The notes: generated by a model not told the origin, from the letters alone. Shown: positions 30,760 through 41,334, numbered from the stretch's first letter. The stretch: DNA of 64,000 bases from Patescibacteria group bacterium (GCA_034658935.1 JAYEGE010000001.1:46295-110294); one strand, 5' to 3'. Translations and numbers: made by a program.

Positions 30760-32026
30760 GGGGTGAAGTAATTACCTCTTGGTCCATGTAGGGCACCAAG
30801 GCCTCCGGCACCTTAATACTGCCGTCGGCCTGCTGATAATTCTCTACTAAAGCAGCTAGGAGGCGTGGCGTAGCCGCTGCCGTGCAATTAAGTGAATGGG
30901 CAAAGCGCGGCTTGCCGTTCTCGGCGCGGTAACGGATATTGAAACGTCGAGTCTGAAAATCGTGATAATAGGCAGCGCTAGAACCCTCACGATAAGTCTG
31001 CTGAGATGGGAACCAAATTTCAGTATCGTATTGCTTGACCTTATTGCCGCCAAGATCGCCGCCGCAAATAAGAACACGGCGGAAAGGTAAGCCCAGAGAT
31101 TCAATAAAGTCTTCGTAATTTTTGTTAGTTTCTTCGTGAAATTTCTCTGACTCAGCATGATCGGCCCGGCAAATGATTAGCTGTTCTAATTTGAAAAATT
31201 CCTGAACTCGGATTAGGCCCTTTATATCCTTGCCGTGGCTCCCTGCCTCGCGCCGATAGCACGGCGAGAAGGCCAAATAACGTTTAGGCAGATCAGCCTC
31301 ATTCAAAATCTCCCCACCATGATAGGCCATCATTGGCACTTCGGCGGTACCAGAAAGATAATCATCGTCCTGAGTCTTATATAGATCTTCGGCTTCGCGA
31401 GGCAAGTGGCCGGTGGCATAAAAAAATTCTTTCTTTAGGATGGCCGGCGCGACGAAAGGTCTGAAGTCCCTCTTAGAGAAAAAGGCTCGTGCATAATTCC
31501 AAACCGCCCAAGAAAGGTCGGCGCCAGCGTTTTGTAAGAAATAACCCCTGAAGCCGTGCGCCTTAGTCCCCCGCTCTAGATCAATCATCTGAAGCTTAGT
31601 CATTAACTCGATATGATCTTTGGGCTCAAACTCAAACTTTGGTGGCGCGCCTTTAATCAACACCTCTTGATTATCTGGTTCACCACCACCCTCCGGCACA
31701 GATACATCTGGGATATTCGGCACTTGGAGCATTAAGCCTTGCCACTCCTTCATAACCTCGGTCAATTTCGCTTCCTGCTCCTGCAATTCATCTTTCATAT
31801 CCTTCAACTCCTTCATCACCGAAACTTTATCCCTAGAGGTACCGGTTCGGGCGACTTGCTCACCCACCTTCTTTTGCTTGGCCCGCAGACCCTCAACTTC
31901 ACCGATCAGGCTCACCCTCTTCTGCTCTACCTCCAAGAAGGCATCGACATCAAAATCAAGGTGCTTTTTCCGCGCCGCCTCTTTAATTAAATCAGGATTC
32001 TCTTTGATAAATTTAATATCGAGCAT
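30731..32026 (-). CDS. serS: Serine--tRNA ligase
   Basis: MLDIKFI, coiled arm, GTAEVP, CYRREAGS.G.D.KGLIRV, ENYQQADGSI.VP. Confidence 0.97.
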   Translation of the reverse strand: MLDIKFIKENPDLIKEAARKKHLDFDVDAFLEVEQKRVSLIGEVEGLRAKQKKVGEQVARTGTSRDKVSVMKELKDMKDELQEQEAKLTEVMKEWQGLMLQVPNIPDVSVPEGGGEPDNQEVLIKGAPPKFEFEPKDHIELMTKLQMIDLERGTKAHGFRGYFLQNAGADLSWAVWNYARAFFSKRDFRPFVAPAILKKEFFYATGHLPREAEDLYKTQDDDYLSGTAEVPMMAYHGGEILNEADLPKRYLAFSPCYRREAGSHGKDIKGLIRVQEFFKLEQLIICRADHAESEKFHEETNKNYEDFIESLGLPFRRVLICGGDLGGNKVKQYDTEIWFPSQQTYREGSSAAYYHDFQTRRFNIRYRAENGKPRFAHSLNCTAAATPRLLAALVENYQQADGSIKVPEALVPYMDQEVITSPHGQESPRAT

Positions 32027-32089
32027 ATATTTTATTTCTATTTCTTATTTCTTGTAGTATAACAAAGATGGCCTGTCTACGCTCACCGC

Positions 32090-32119
32090 TTGACAAGCAT
32101 ATATTACTTATGCTATAAT
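32090..32119 (+). promoter_or_regulatory. Consensus sigma70 promoter with no downstream ORF
   Basis: TTGACA-18 nt-TATAAT with extended TG. Confidence 0.75.
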
Positions 32120-32222
32120 TAGGGTAGGTATTGAAGCTCGTTCTTCCGCAGCCAGTGAGGAAAATTCACGGTCTTCCAAAACCTACGACCGTAGATTCTT
32201 TAAGACTGTGCCCAAGTTGCGA

Positions 32223-32328
32223 CGAAAGCCGATATTACAGAGAAAGACCGTCTCGGAGCGCGACGGCGTGAGAGCCAGGGAAATTTTCAGTAGAAAATAT
32301 TCCCGTGGTCTTTCGAGTAATATCGGCT
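32223..32328. repeat. Structured element family C, intergenic copy
   Basis: AGCCGATATTAC/GTAATATCGGCT outer stem; collinear with the dus copy, with compensatory changes. Confidence 0.85.
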
Positions 32329-32335
32329 GGAGTGA

Positions 32336-33334
32336 CTATCTCTTCCCTTTCCTTTTTAAAACTTTTTTTGTTGCTGTCTTGATGGCGTCGGAGTCGAGGC
32401 CGTAATGCGCCAGGAGTTCCATCGGCGCACCGGATTGACCAAACTTATCGTCTACGCCAACAAACTCAATTGGTACAGGATAATCAGTGGCCAAGAGCTC
32501 GGCCACCGCGCCACCCAAACCACCAGCCTGTTGATGCTCTTCAGCCGTTACAATTGCCTTGGCATGATGGGCTAAATTTACAATAGCGTCACGATCTAAT
32601 GGTTTAATAGTGTGAACATTAAGCACCGCGGCCTCGATCCCCTCTTCTGCCAATGCTTCCGCCGCCATCAAGGCCTGGTAAACCATCGTTCCACAGGCAA
32701 TAAGGCCGACATCAATCTGCTCGCTATCACGAAGTAAATTGGCCTGCCCCAAAATAAAGGGTGACTTATCTGTGGTAATAAGCGGCGTTGCCTCTCGGGC
32801 CAAACGCAAGTAAGCCGGCCCCTTAGTTTTAGCCAACGCCTCAGTGGCCTTCTTGGCTTCGATCGCGTCGGCCGGCGCAACAACCGTCATGTTTGGAAGA
32901 ACACGAGTCAGCGCAATATCCTCTAAAGCTTGATGCGAGCCGCCATCTGGGCCAACCGACACTCCAGCGTGTAAACCAGCGATCTTCACTGGCCTATCGT
33001 TATAACAAATAGTCGTCCGGATTTGCTCCCAATTACGGCCCGGGCTAAAGGTGGCATAAGAAGAAACAAAAGGGATCTTCCCCATTGCCGCCATTCCTGA
33101 CGCCACGGCTGCCAGATTCTGTTCAGCCACTCCGATCTGAAAGAAACGTTCCGGAAATTTATCTCGGAAAAGATTCATCTTTGTCGAGTCGGTCAGATCA
33201 GCACAGAGTCCGACAATTTTTTCGTCTACCTCAGCGGCAGCCAAAAGTCCCTCACCAAAACCTTGGCGAATAGGAGCTTGCTCAATACTGAGCCGCCTAA
33301 TTTTAGGGTTAAGATGTTGGCTATTAATAAGCAT
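32336..33334 (-). CDS. Transketolase, C-terminal subunit
   Basis: GVAEQN, GPDGGSHQ, TIKPLD, EEHQ..GGLG; start MLINS overlaps the upstream stop (TAATG). Confidence 0.93.
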   Translation of the reverse strand: MLINSQHLNPKIRRLSIEQAPIRQGFGEGLLAAAEVDEKIVGLCADLTDSTKMNLFRDKFPERFFQIGVAEQNLAAVASGMAAMGKIPFVSSYATFSPGRNWEQIRTTICYNDRPVKIAGLHAGVSVGPDGGSHQALEDIALTRVLPNMTVVAPADAIEAKKATEALAKTKGPAYLRLAREATPLITTDKSPFILGQANLLRDSEQIDVGLIACGTMVYQALMAAEALAEEGIEAAVLNVHTIKPLDRDAIVNLAHHAKAIVTAEEHQQAGGLGGAVAELLATDYPVPIEFVGVDDKFGQSGAPMELLAHYGLDSDAIKTATKKVLKRKGKR

Positions 33335-33651
33335 TAATATGGAGCAGGAACGGCAAACCAAAACCAAACTAGAACCAAAACTAAGACAAGAAGGAGATAA
33401 TGAACGCAACGACTCGTTAGTTCTTGCTTTGCCTTCTTCGGCGGCTTCACAGAGAGGCGCCATAGGCTAAAGATTATCTGGGCCACAACATTAAGAAAAA
33501 TCAGGGCCGAGAGTGATACTCGTAAGGCCTGGCCGCAACCAAGAACGCCGACCCCACCATCACAATTAGTGGGCATGAAGAAGATCACGAAGAGAAGTGC
33601 CACTAACGACACCGCTGAAAAAATAGTATTGGCCCGATTGATTTCTGTCAT
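33334..33651 (-). CDS. Small 3-TM membrane protein between the transketolase halves
   Basis: Hydrophobic ORF, translationally coupled to the C-terminal subunit gene. Confidence 0.6.
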   Translation of the reverse strand: MTEINRANTIFSAVSLVALLFVIFFMPTNCDGGVGVLGCGQALRVSLSALIFLNVVAQIIFSLWRLSVKPPKKAKQELTSRCVHYLLLVLVLVLVWFWFAVPAPY

Positions 33652-33678
33652 AAAGTTTTAATTATTATTAAAGATTAA

Positions 33679-34548
33679 TTACTCATGTTCCGATCTCACC
33701 TTGCCGCCAAGAGTCCGTAATTCATGCAAGGCCTTCTTGCCCTCTTCCTTATTCGGCGGCTTACCGTGCCACTCGTAACGCCACTCAAATTCTGGCACCC
33801 CCTTGCCCGGCACAGTGTGGGCAATAATCACACTCGGTTTACCAAACACCGACTTAGCCTGAAGCACAGCATCGACGATGGACTCAAAATTATGGCCGTC
33901 TATATCCTGGACTTGCCAACCGAAAGCCGCCCACTTGTCACGCAAGGGCTCTAACGGCATCACGTCCTCGGTATAGCCATCGATCTGGATATTATTACGG
34001 TCGATTATGGCAATGAGATTATGTAATTTCTCCTTACCAGCCAAGAGGGCCGCTTCCCAAGAATTCCCGGCATCTAATTCGCCATCGGACATCAAGCAAT
34101 AAAAATGCTGCTCAGAGGAATTACCCTGATCAAGTCGGTGGGCCAAAGCCATCCCCACCGCCTGGCTCAATCCAGAACCAAGAGGACCCGAGCTATTTTC
34201 CAGGCTAGATAAGAACTCCCGATGAGGATGCCCCTGCAGGCGAGAACCAAATTGACGAAGAGTTTTAAGTTCATCCACAGAGAAGTACCCGGCGTGAGCC
34301 ATGGTGGCGTAAAGTACTGGGCAAATATGACCGTTCGATAAAATCACCCGATCACGTCCCGGCCAATTATGCCGTTTGGGGTCATGTTTGAGAAGATGAA
34401 AATAGAGAGCAGTAAAAATGTCGGCCATGCCCAAGGGGCCGGCAGTGTGACCGGAGCCAGCCGTTACCAACATTTTGATAATAGACTGGCGAATGTCATT
34501 AGCGACACGCTCCAGCTCCCTAACTTTGTCATCGTAGAGATTTACCAT
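33679..34548 (-). CDS. Transketolase, N-terminal subunit
   Basis: GSGH, DRVILSNGH, LQGHP, SDGE..N TPP motif, GKGV. Confidence 0.94.
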   Translation of the reverse strand: MVNLYDDKVRELERVANDIRQSIIKMLVTAGSGHTAGPLGMADIFTALYFHLLKHDPKRHNWPGRDRVILSNGHICPVLYATMAHAGYFSVDELKTLRQFGSRLQGHPHREFLSSLENSSGPLGSGLSQAVGMALAHRLDQGNSSEQHFYCLMSDGELDAGNSWEAALLAGKEKLHNLIAIIDRNNIQIDGYTEDVMPLEPLRDKWAAFGWQVQDIDGHNFESIVDAVLQAKSVFGKPSVIIAHTVPGKGVPEFEWRYEWHGKPPNKEEGKKALHELRTLGGKVRSEHE

Positions 34549-34571
34549 TCTTCTTTAATTCTAAAACAAGA

Positions 34572-35210
34572 TTAACTTAACGACAACTCTTGCCAAGCAT
34601 CATGAGCTTGCTTAGCATTAGCAAATTGCCACCAAGCCGAACCGACAATTAGACGATCAACGCCGGCTTCGATTAAAGCTTTGGCGTTATTAAGATCGAC
34701 ACCACCATCAACAGCAATCTTTAGGTCAGGATAGGCCTGCCGCAATTGGCGCACTCGATCAATTACCCCCTCGTCAAAAGGCAACCCTTGTTTACCGATT
34801 TCAGCAATGCCCATTAATTGAACCGACTCTATTTGTTCAATGAAGGGCCCAACCCTCTCTAGTGGCGTCTCGGCCAATAGGGCCAAACCAGTTGGAACAC
34901 CGGCCCTCGCCGCTTGATCGAGAATCTTCGTTGGCGCTGTCACGGATTCAATATGAAAGACAACCCGATCGACTACTTCCAGCCAATCAGTTAGATCTAA
35001 CTCCGGTCGGCGAACCATCAGATGAACCTCAACTTTCAATCGCCCCTCTAGGTCAGCCAAGGCCTGGGGATCCGACCACGTAAAATTAGGGGCAAACTCA
35101 CCGTCAGTGATGTCTAATTGAGTCCAATCGGTAACCCCCTCCAATTCAGCCAAACGTTTTTGAACCTTGGCAAAATCTGTCTCTAAGATTGCGGGAATAA
35201 TTTCTGTCAT
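34572..35210 (-). CDS. rpe: Ribulose-phosphate 3-epimerase
   Basis: IIPAIL, DITDGEF.PN, EVHLMV, VDGGV, VGSA. Confidence 0.88.
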   Translation of the reverse strand: MTEIIPAILETDFAKVQKRLAELEGVTDWTQLDITDGEFAPNFTWSDPQALADLEGRLKVEVHLMVRRPELDLTDWLEVVDRVVFHIESVTAPTKILDQAARAGVPTGLALLAETPLERVGPFIEQIESVQLMGIAEIGKQGLPFDEGVIDRVRQLRQAYPDLKIAVDGGVDLNNAKALIEAGVDRLIVGSAWWQFANAKQAHDAWQELSLS

Positions 35211-35219
35211 GCCAGTTGC

Positions 35220-38200
35220 TTAAGCCAAACCAGTTATTTGTCTAATAATTTTCATGATCAAGAGAATCATCTGAATGATGATCTGCCTCATCAACTCAAT
35301 ACGCGTCATGGGCACCGTATCTACTCCATCAGGATCAGAAGGTAGGGCAGACCCAAGTGGTGATGGCAGGCTCCCCGAAGGGCCACCGCCAGGAGGATTA
35401 TCGGGGAGGACGTCAGTCCCAGTGCCAATGTCACCGGGAGCATCCCCCACCTCTTCATTCAACACTACTAGAGGAGTGGCGAGAGGCGCAAAACGACGCG
35501 CAAGCGTGCCCGCCTCTAGAGAATCGGGGATGCCGTTCTCATCATTGTCGACTTGAGGAGATACAATGTCGAATCTCTTTAGATGAGCGCCCACTCCTAC
35601 ATATACAGCACCTTCCCCATCAGCCACCACGCCGCCAACAATAGACATGTTGTCGAGAGTTGTAGGGTCACTATCATCTGGCCATTGATTCCAGGCATAA
35701 ATGAAATTCCCCGACCGATCAAATATTTTCAAGATCCGATTTCCACGATCAATCACATAGACTAAATTATAGGTCGGATCGACGGCGATGGCCGCCGGAT
35801 ATAACAACTCGCTACTCCCCCGCCCCAAGCTACCCCAGGTGAGAAGATGATTGCCCTCAGCGTCAAATTTTTGGATTCGGTGATTACCGGTATCGCTGAC
35901 ATAAATATTCCCTTCAGGATCAAGCGCAACCCCCTGAGGCAACTTGAATTGACCATTAGCTGAACCCAGCTGACCAAAAGAGCGAGCCGGCCTCGGAGTA
36001 TTGCTAGAAATATTGTAAACCTGGATTTTATGATTAAGGGTATTTGTGAGATAGAGTAGAGCTCGATCTTCATCAACGGCCATGTCCATGACATAACCCA
36101 AACCTCCAGGCTGGAAGCGGACTGGCTGATAGGTAGTATCCCCATCACAAAACCCACTACCACGGCAGGGGCCCAGACTAGTGGTCCGTTTCTCTATGTC
36201 CACAATTCTTAACTTAGTTGAATCCATCAACCGGCCGGCGCCGCCACTAACTACATCCATAGCAATATAAACCTTGCCTCTAGTGTCATCTACCGCCACT
36301 GCAGCAGGGAAACTCAAATAATCCCAAAACCTAGCCCATTGTTTGGTCTGACCACTAACAAAGTCAGCCCACCTACCGACGCGGAGGTAATAATATAGAG
36401 CACTGGGGCCATAGATATAACCATCATCATCAATGTCTAGAGCGGCAGTAAAACTCTGCACCTGACTACCTTCCGGAGCAAGACGTAAGCGTGCCGTATC
36501 AAGATTCACGGCTAGTGGAGCACTTCGCCGTGTAGAAACAGGGATCAAACGGGCACGAACGCCCCCAGAATTAGAGCGGGTTAGGGCGTGGAGCCTAGAG
36601 CCAGCAAGGTCGTTCTTTTTAAACAAGACCAGGGGAGCCTGATCGCCACCAGGGAAAGCGCCCCCCAATACCTCAATAGTATTGTCAAGCGACGAATAGA
36701 CCCGCTCTGGGGAAGACCAGAGGCCGGCGCCCGCTCTTTTCCGCAAGTAAATATTGCGACCACTTGGCGAATAATAGAGCCAAGTCACCTGATCTGGTCC
36801 AGCAATTGCTTGAAAGCTATCCACCGATCCCAAATCTACTGGCCGACTCCAGGAGTTACCACTATGTTGGTAAACACTAGACATCAAGCGTCCATTGCGA
36901 CGATAAAGGAAATCTGCTTGGTTGGCGCGCGAGGACACAAAAGCAACCTTGGCTATATCGCTGTCACTTCCAGCAACGATAGGCTGATAATCATAGGAAC
37001 CGCCAGTCTGCCAACCATCATTCCCCCACCAAGACCATTTCCGCGTTCTATCATTATAGAGAGCGGCGGCGATAAGACTGCGACCACTGTCGCTACGCTC
37101 GTGAAAACCAAAGACAACTAGATAATTATTTTTTCCAATATAGGTAACTGAAGGGCGACTGTATGTTTGAGTAACCGTATTAGGGCTAGGGTCTAAGACG
37201 AATGTTGGAAAAACATCTGCCCCTGCCGGCCCCTGAGTCCAGGGTAAGTGATTACCCCCTGTCCAATTATTAGCTCGACTATTCCACAAATTCCATAATT
37301 GACCTCCTCGCGGCCCCGAATAACGAGTCGCCGTCAATTGAGGCCTAAAGCGACGAGTAATACTGTAGCCGGTAGTCCCGACTAAAATTCCCGTACCATC
37401 GGGGGCCATAGCAAACCCGGCCTCCCCACTGTTCCAGGTGGGGACCACGGCGGAAGCGTGAAAAGGCTCGTAATTGCGACCGCCATACCAATTAAGCCAG
37501 CTTTCACCGTCAAAAATGAAATTTTCTATGAAGCCATGGGTATCATAGCTAGTGCTGGAATATGGGAACGTAATACCATCTACAACACTTTGGCTACCGG
37601 CAGAAACACCAAAAACCCCCTCACCCTCTGGATCAGCAGGATCGGGGTAAAGCTTGGCGGCGTTATGGAGTAACAACCCACCACTGATTGGACGAGCAAT
37701 AGCATTACTCGTCCCACTCCAACCATTATCAGTAAGGAGTTCCCAGCGGGCAGTGGCGACGGAATCACCTTCCCCAAAATTTAAACGACCAGAGACAGTG
37801 CCGAGACTGGCAGAATTAAAGAGGTAAATATAATCACCTTGGCCATTTGTAGTCCCACCTACCAAGGGGCGAAATTGCCTTAGGGGCTCACCAGCGTCAA
37901 TTGGCTGACCACCATTGAGTTCATACCAACAATCACGACAAGCCTCGTAAGTAGTTTGGAAAGTGGGCACCGTAACCGGCCGACTTTCTACTCCCAAAAC
38001 AGTGTTTAGTGCCGTTACCGAGTAATTGGCGTAAGAATGATTGGGGATTAAATCTGTTAGATTGAAACTATCGCCGACAATCTCGGAAATAAGCACATCA
38101 TTCTCATACAATTTGAGAGGCGGTGAGTAAAAACCACAGGGGTCACTAGCGACAACATTAATAGCCGCGCTGTCCCCCGTCACCTGATCCACCTCAACAG

Positions 38201-39320
38201 AGAGTACTTCTGGAAACAAGTGGGCGAGGGGGAATAAATTAGTGGCGTAGGGATGATAGGCACCACGGTTATCACGAATCTCTAAGACAGTGATCAAGCG
38301 CCCACCTCTAAGCAGGCCCTGCAAATCGGAGAGGTCACCTATATCTATAACGTAATCGTAGGCGGGAGCCTCATTGGCCGGATCAGGGACAGGAATCGTC
38401 ACTTGATGCAAAGGGGGGCCAGCAATGCCCCTTCGCAGAGATAAACGATAATTACTAACCTGACCAGAGTTTAGGGGATTGGAATAAAACCTAAATGAAA
38501 ACTGATTGCCTGAAACCAATTGCAGAGTGGGAAAATTTGGAGTCCCAGCCAAATCCCCGCTACTTACCGACCGGAAACCCCAGAAAGCCATGTTGTGCGG
38601 TACCGTTAAGTCAGAGCGGCTACGGACCTCTGCCGACCAACCATATCCACCGCTAACGTCAGGAGTAACGTGGAAATCGTTGGACTGCCGCCAACCAGAA
38701 TCAATAACGCTCTGGTCAGGTTTAGTCCAAGTAAAGCGATAATCAAGTGGCCTACCAAAATTAGAAGAACTAAGAGCGCCAAAACTTAGCGGTAGACCAA
38801 CGACCCCACCCTGAGGGCCACTCAAGGCGGGAGCGGAAAGGACTTCTGTAGCACCGCTCTCGCCGACGGCCACAGCAAAGAAGCGCTGGTGACTATTGCC
38901 ACTCCCATCTCGCACAATAATTTCCACCCGAGCATTAAGGCCAGCATCTTCCCCGTCAGGAGTCCAAGACAGAGTGGCCGATGGAGAACTACCATTTTGC
39001 CTAAACGTCGCTCCCCGAGCGGTTAGGTTGGGCGTGGAAACGAAACTGAAGGAGAGCGCTCCCCCCTCGGCATCAGAGGCCGAAAACTCTATCTGCCCGG
39101 CTCGCCCAGGAACTAAATTCCAATCGGGAATAGGGGCAAGATAGGGTGGAACATTGACGAAACGAGGGAAAACATTAGATGGAGAAATCGGAGAAATAAC
39201 CTCGCCAAGATCGCCCACCGGACCAGTATCTCGTAGATCAATCTGGGACCAAGCCAGATTGGCGGCGAATAGGAACACCGCCAACCCCAATAGACAAATG
39301 ATTATTTTATTTTTTTTCAC
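35220..39320 (-). CDS. Large secreted multidomain protein with NHL-repeat beta-propeller
   Basis: Signal peptide, Ig/cadherin-like N-terminus, NHL repeats (GQFKLPQGVALDPEGNIYVSDTGNHRIQKFD), DNDENGIPD, amphipathic C-terminal helix. Confidence 0.8.
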   Translation of the reverse strand: MKKNKIIICLLGLAVFLFAANLAWSQIDLRDTGPVGDLGEVISPISPSNVFPRFVNVPPYLAPIPDWNLVPGRAGQIEFSASDAEGGALSFSFVSTPNLTARGATFRQNGSSPSATLSWTPDGEDAGLNARVEIIVRDGSGNSHQRFFAVAVGESGATEVLSAPALSGPQGGVVGLPLSFGALSSSNFGRPLDYRFTWTKPDQSVIDSGWRQSNDFHVTPDVSGGYGWSAEVRSRSDLTVPHNMAFWGFRSVSSGDLAGTPNFPTLQLVSGNQFSFRFYSNPLNSGQVSNYRLSLRRGIAGPPLHQVTIPVPDPANEAPAYDYVIDIGDLSDLQGLLRGGRLITVLEIRDNRGAYHPYATNLFPLAHLFPEVLSVEVDQVTGDSAAINVVASDPCGFYSPPLKLYENDVLISEIVGDSFNLTDLIPNHSYANYSVTALNTVLGVESRPVTVPTFQTTYEACRDCWYELNGGQPIDAGEPLRQFRPLVGGTTNGQGDYIYLFNSASLGTVSGRLNFGEGDSVATARWELLTDNGWSGTSNAIARPISGGLLLHNAAKLYPDPADPEGEGVFGVSAGSQSVVDGITFPYSSTSYDTHGFIENFIFDGESWLNWYGGRNYEPFHASAVVPTWNSGEAGFAMAPDGTGILVGTTGYSITRRFRPQLTATRYSGPRGGQLWNLWNSRANNWTGGNHLPWTQGPAGADVFPTFVLDPSPNTVTQTYSRPSVTYIGKNNYLVVFGFHERSDSGRSLIAAALYNDRTRKWSWWGNDGWQTGGSYDYQPIVAGSDSDIAKVAFVSSRANQADFLYRRNGRLMSSVYQHSGNSWSRPVDLGSVDSFQAIAGPDQVTWLYYSPSGRNIYLRKRAGAGLWSSPERVYSSLDNTIEVLGGAFPGGDQAPLVLFKKNDLAGSRLHALTRSNSGGVRARLIPVSTRRSAPLAVNLDTARLRLAPEGSQVQSFTAALDIDDDGYIYGPSALYYYLRVGRWADFVSGQTKQWARFWDYLSFPAAVAVDDTRGKVYIAMDVVSGGAGRLMDSTKLRIVDIEKRTTSLGPCRGSGFCDGDTTYQPVRFQPGGLGYVMDMAVDEDRALLYLTNTLNHKIQVYNISSNTPRPARSFGQLGSANGQFKLPQGVALDPEGNIYVSDTGNHRIQKFDAEGNHLLTWGSLGRGSSELLYPAAIAVDPTYNLVYVIDRGNRILKIFDRSGNFIYAWNQWPDDSDPTTLDNMSIVGGVVADGEGAVYVGVGAHLKRFDIVSPQVDNDENGIPDSLEAGTLARRFAPLATPLVVLNEEVGDAPGDIGTGTDVLPDNPPGGGPSGSLPSPLGSALPSDPDGVDTVPMTRIELMRQIIIQMILLIMKIIRQITGLA

Positions 39321-39340
39321 ATTAAATAACTAACCTCTTT

Positions 39341-39808
39341 TTAAAACTCGTGTTCGATAGGAGCTTGGCTATCAATTTTTTCGATCCGGCGAAGATGTCT
39401 CTCTTCGCCAGGGAAATCAACTGCCAGCCAAGTTTGGATAACCTCTAAGGCTTCGGCCAAGTCTACAAAGTGGGCGCCGATAGAAAGAACGTTGGCATTA
39501 TTATGTGTCCGGGATAAGACTAAAGGTTGCCTGTCGCCACCAGCATAGACTATCGCTCGGACTCCAGAGAAACGATTGGCAACAATCGCCTCCCCCTGAC
39601 CAGAACCACCAAAGATAATCGCCTTACTATCATCAGGAGCGCTGGAAACTTGCTTACCGACAATTTTAATAAAGTCGGGATAATCATCCTGCTCGTCATA
39701 CTCAAAAGCCCCCTCGTCGTACACCTGATAACCGAGTTCCTTGAACCATTTTTTCACTCCCTCCTTCAATTCAAACCCGGCATGATCTGCCGCAAGATAT
39801 ATTTTCAT
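39341..39808 (-). CDS. rpiB: Ribose-5-phosphate isomerase B
   Basis: ADHAGFELK, DYPD, GGSGQGE, HNNANVL, RH.RRI. Confidence 0.92.
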   Translation of the reverse strand: MKIYLAADHAGFELKEGVKKWFKELGYQVYDEGAFEYDEQDDYPDFIKIVGKQVSSAPDDSKAIIFGGSGQGEAIVANRFSGVRAIVYAGGDRQPLVLSRTHNNANVLSIGAHFVDLAEALEVIQTWLAVDFPGEERHLRRIEKIDSQAPIEHEF

Positions 39809-39835
39809 GTCGAAACCCATTATACACCAAGCGGG

Positions 39836-40288
39836 CTACTGATCTGGTATATAAAACACCTTCTTAAGATAATTTTCAATCACCATAAAACTTGGGAAAT
39901 ACCGGGGTTGGGGTAAGTTATCAAGATCAAACCACTGCCACTCGGTCATTTCATCGGGCTCCATTACCTTTGGTTCGCCCCGATAATCCTTGGCCAGTAA
40001 TCCAACTGTTACAAAATGGGCGTGTTCATTTTTACAATTATGAATTGAGATCACTGCTGGATCACTGATATCAAGATCAGTTTCCTCTTTCACTTCCCGG
40101 ATTGCTCCGTCTTCAAAACTTTCTCCCCAATCAAGTTTGCCGCCAGGCAGTGACCACTCGCCCGCACTCCTAAATGCCGAGTCAGCTTTGTCTGGATCGG
40201 GGTGCCTCTTGCCAAGCAAAACTTGGGTATTTTTGTTTAAGATAATGACCCCGAATCCCGCGCCAATTCTCTTTTTTTCTTCAGCCAT
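39836..40288 (-). CDS. NUDIX hydrolase
   Basis: PGGKLDWGES..AIREVKEET Nudix box. Confidence 0.9.
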   Translation of the reverse strand: MAEEKKRIGAGFGVIILNKNTQVLLGKRHPDPDKADSAFRSAGEWSLPGGKLDWGESFEDGAIREVKEETDLDISDPAVISIHNCKNEHAHFVTVGLLAKDYRGEPKVMEPDEMTEWQWFDLDNLPQPRYFPSFMVIENYLKKVFYIPDQ

Positions 40289-40292
40289 GGTT

Positions 40293-41312
40293 TTACGAAC
40301 CTGCCTTGATCACATGTTTGAGGAGGGAGTGGGTATAGCCTATTTCGTTATCATACCAGGCGAGAATTTTAACTAGATTGCCGCCGACCACCCTAGTAAA
40401 TCCGAGATCAGCGATGGAGGCATAGGGGCTACTCATAATATCAGTAGAAACTAGCGGTTCTTCGGTAATAGTAAAGAGGCCCTCCCAGCGAGGATCCTTG
40501 GCCGCCTTCTTTAAAATATCATTCACTTCTGAAACAGAGGTGTCCTTCTTAGACACAAAAGTCAGGTCGGCTATCGAGCCAGTGATCACTGGTACTCGAG
40601 TGGCGATACCGTCAAAGAGACCTGCTAGGCCAGGCAGGGCCTTGGTCACAGCAATTGCCGCTCCAGTAGTAGAAGGAATAATGTTCTGAGCGGCCGCCCT
40701 CCCCCGCCGATAATCTTTAGCATCAGGACCGTCAACTAGTTTTTGACTGGCTGTATAACCGTGCACAGTATTAAGAAGGGCCTTAGTTACCCCAATCGAA
40801 TCCATCATAATCTGCATTACTGGACTAACTGAATTGGTAGTACAGGAAGCGTTGGAACTAATCTGGCAGATGCCTAATTTATCATCATTAATCCCCATTA
40901 AGACAGTCGCCCCGTTGATGCCGGGCACAGGCTCATCTTTGAGTGGCGCCGAGACAACTACCTTATGGGCGCCAGCATCAAGATGGGACTTAGATCTAGC
41001 GTAAGTGTTGAAGACGCCGGTCGACTCCAGCACCACATCAATCCCCAATTCTCCCCAAGGCAAGCGAGACGGCTCCCCTTCTTGCAGGAAGCGCACTCGC
41101 TTGCCATTGATTACTAAGTGTCCATTTTCAGTTTTAATATCCAGGCCCGAAGGGCCATAGGCACTATCGTATTTCAGTAAATATGCAAAATTATCTAGCT
41201 CCCCCAAATCATTCACTGCCAAGACCTCTACGTCTGGGCTCTCGATAGCTAGTTTCAAGAACGCTCGACCAATGCGCCCCAGACCGTTTACTGCAACCTT
41301 AACTTTTTTCAT
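40293..41312 (-). CDS. gap: Glyceraldehyde-3-phosphate dehydrogenase
   Basis: NGLGRIGR, SNASCTTN, TTGAA, WYDNE. Confidence 0.97.
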   Translation of the reverse strand: MKKVKVAVNGLGRIGRAFLKLAIESPDVEVLAVNDLGELDNFAYLLKYDSAYGPSGLDIKTENGHLVINGKRVRFLQEGEPSRLPWGELGIDVVLESTGVFNTYARSKSHLDAGAHKVVVSAPLKDEPVPGINGATVLMGINDDKLGICQISSNASCTTNSVSPVMQIMMDSIGVTKALLNTVHGYTASQKLVDGPDAKDYRRGRAAAQNIIPSTTGAAIAVTKALPGLAGLFDGIATRVPVITGSIADLTFVSKKDTSVSEVNDILKKAAKDPRWEGLFTITEEPLVSTDIMSSPYASIADLGFTRVVGGNLVKILAWYDNEIGYTHSLLKHVIKAGS

Positions 41313-41334
41313 CTATATTATAAGAGCTAGAATA

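Noticed and set aside
32027-32335. T-box riboswitch leader for serS
   Set aside because: No T-box consensus on the minus strand; serS has a nearby TGTTATACT -10
35220-39320. Diversity-generating retroelement target
   Set aside because: No reverse transcriptase or TR/VR pair seen in the window
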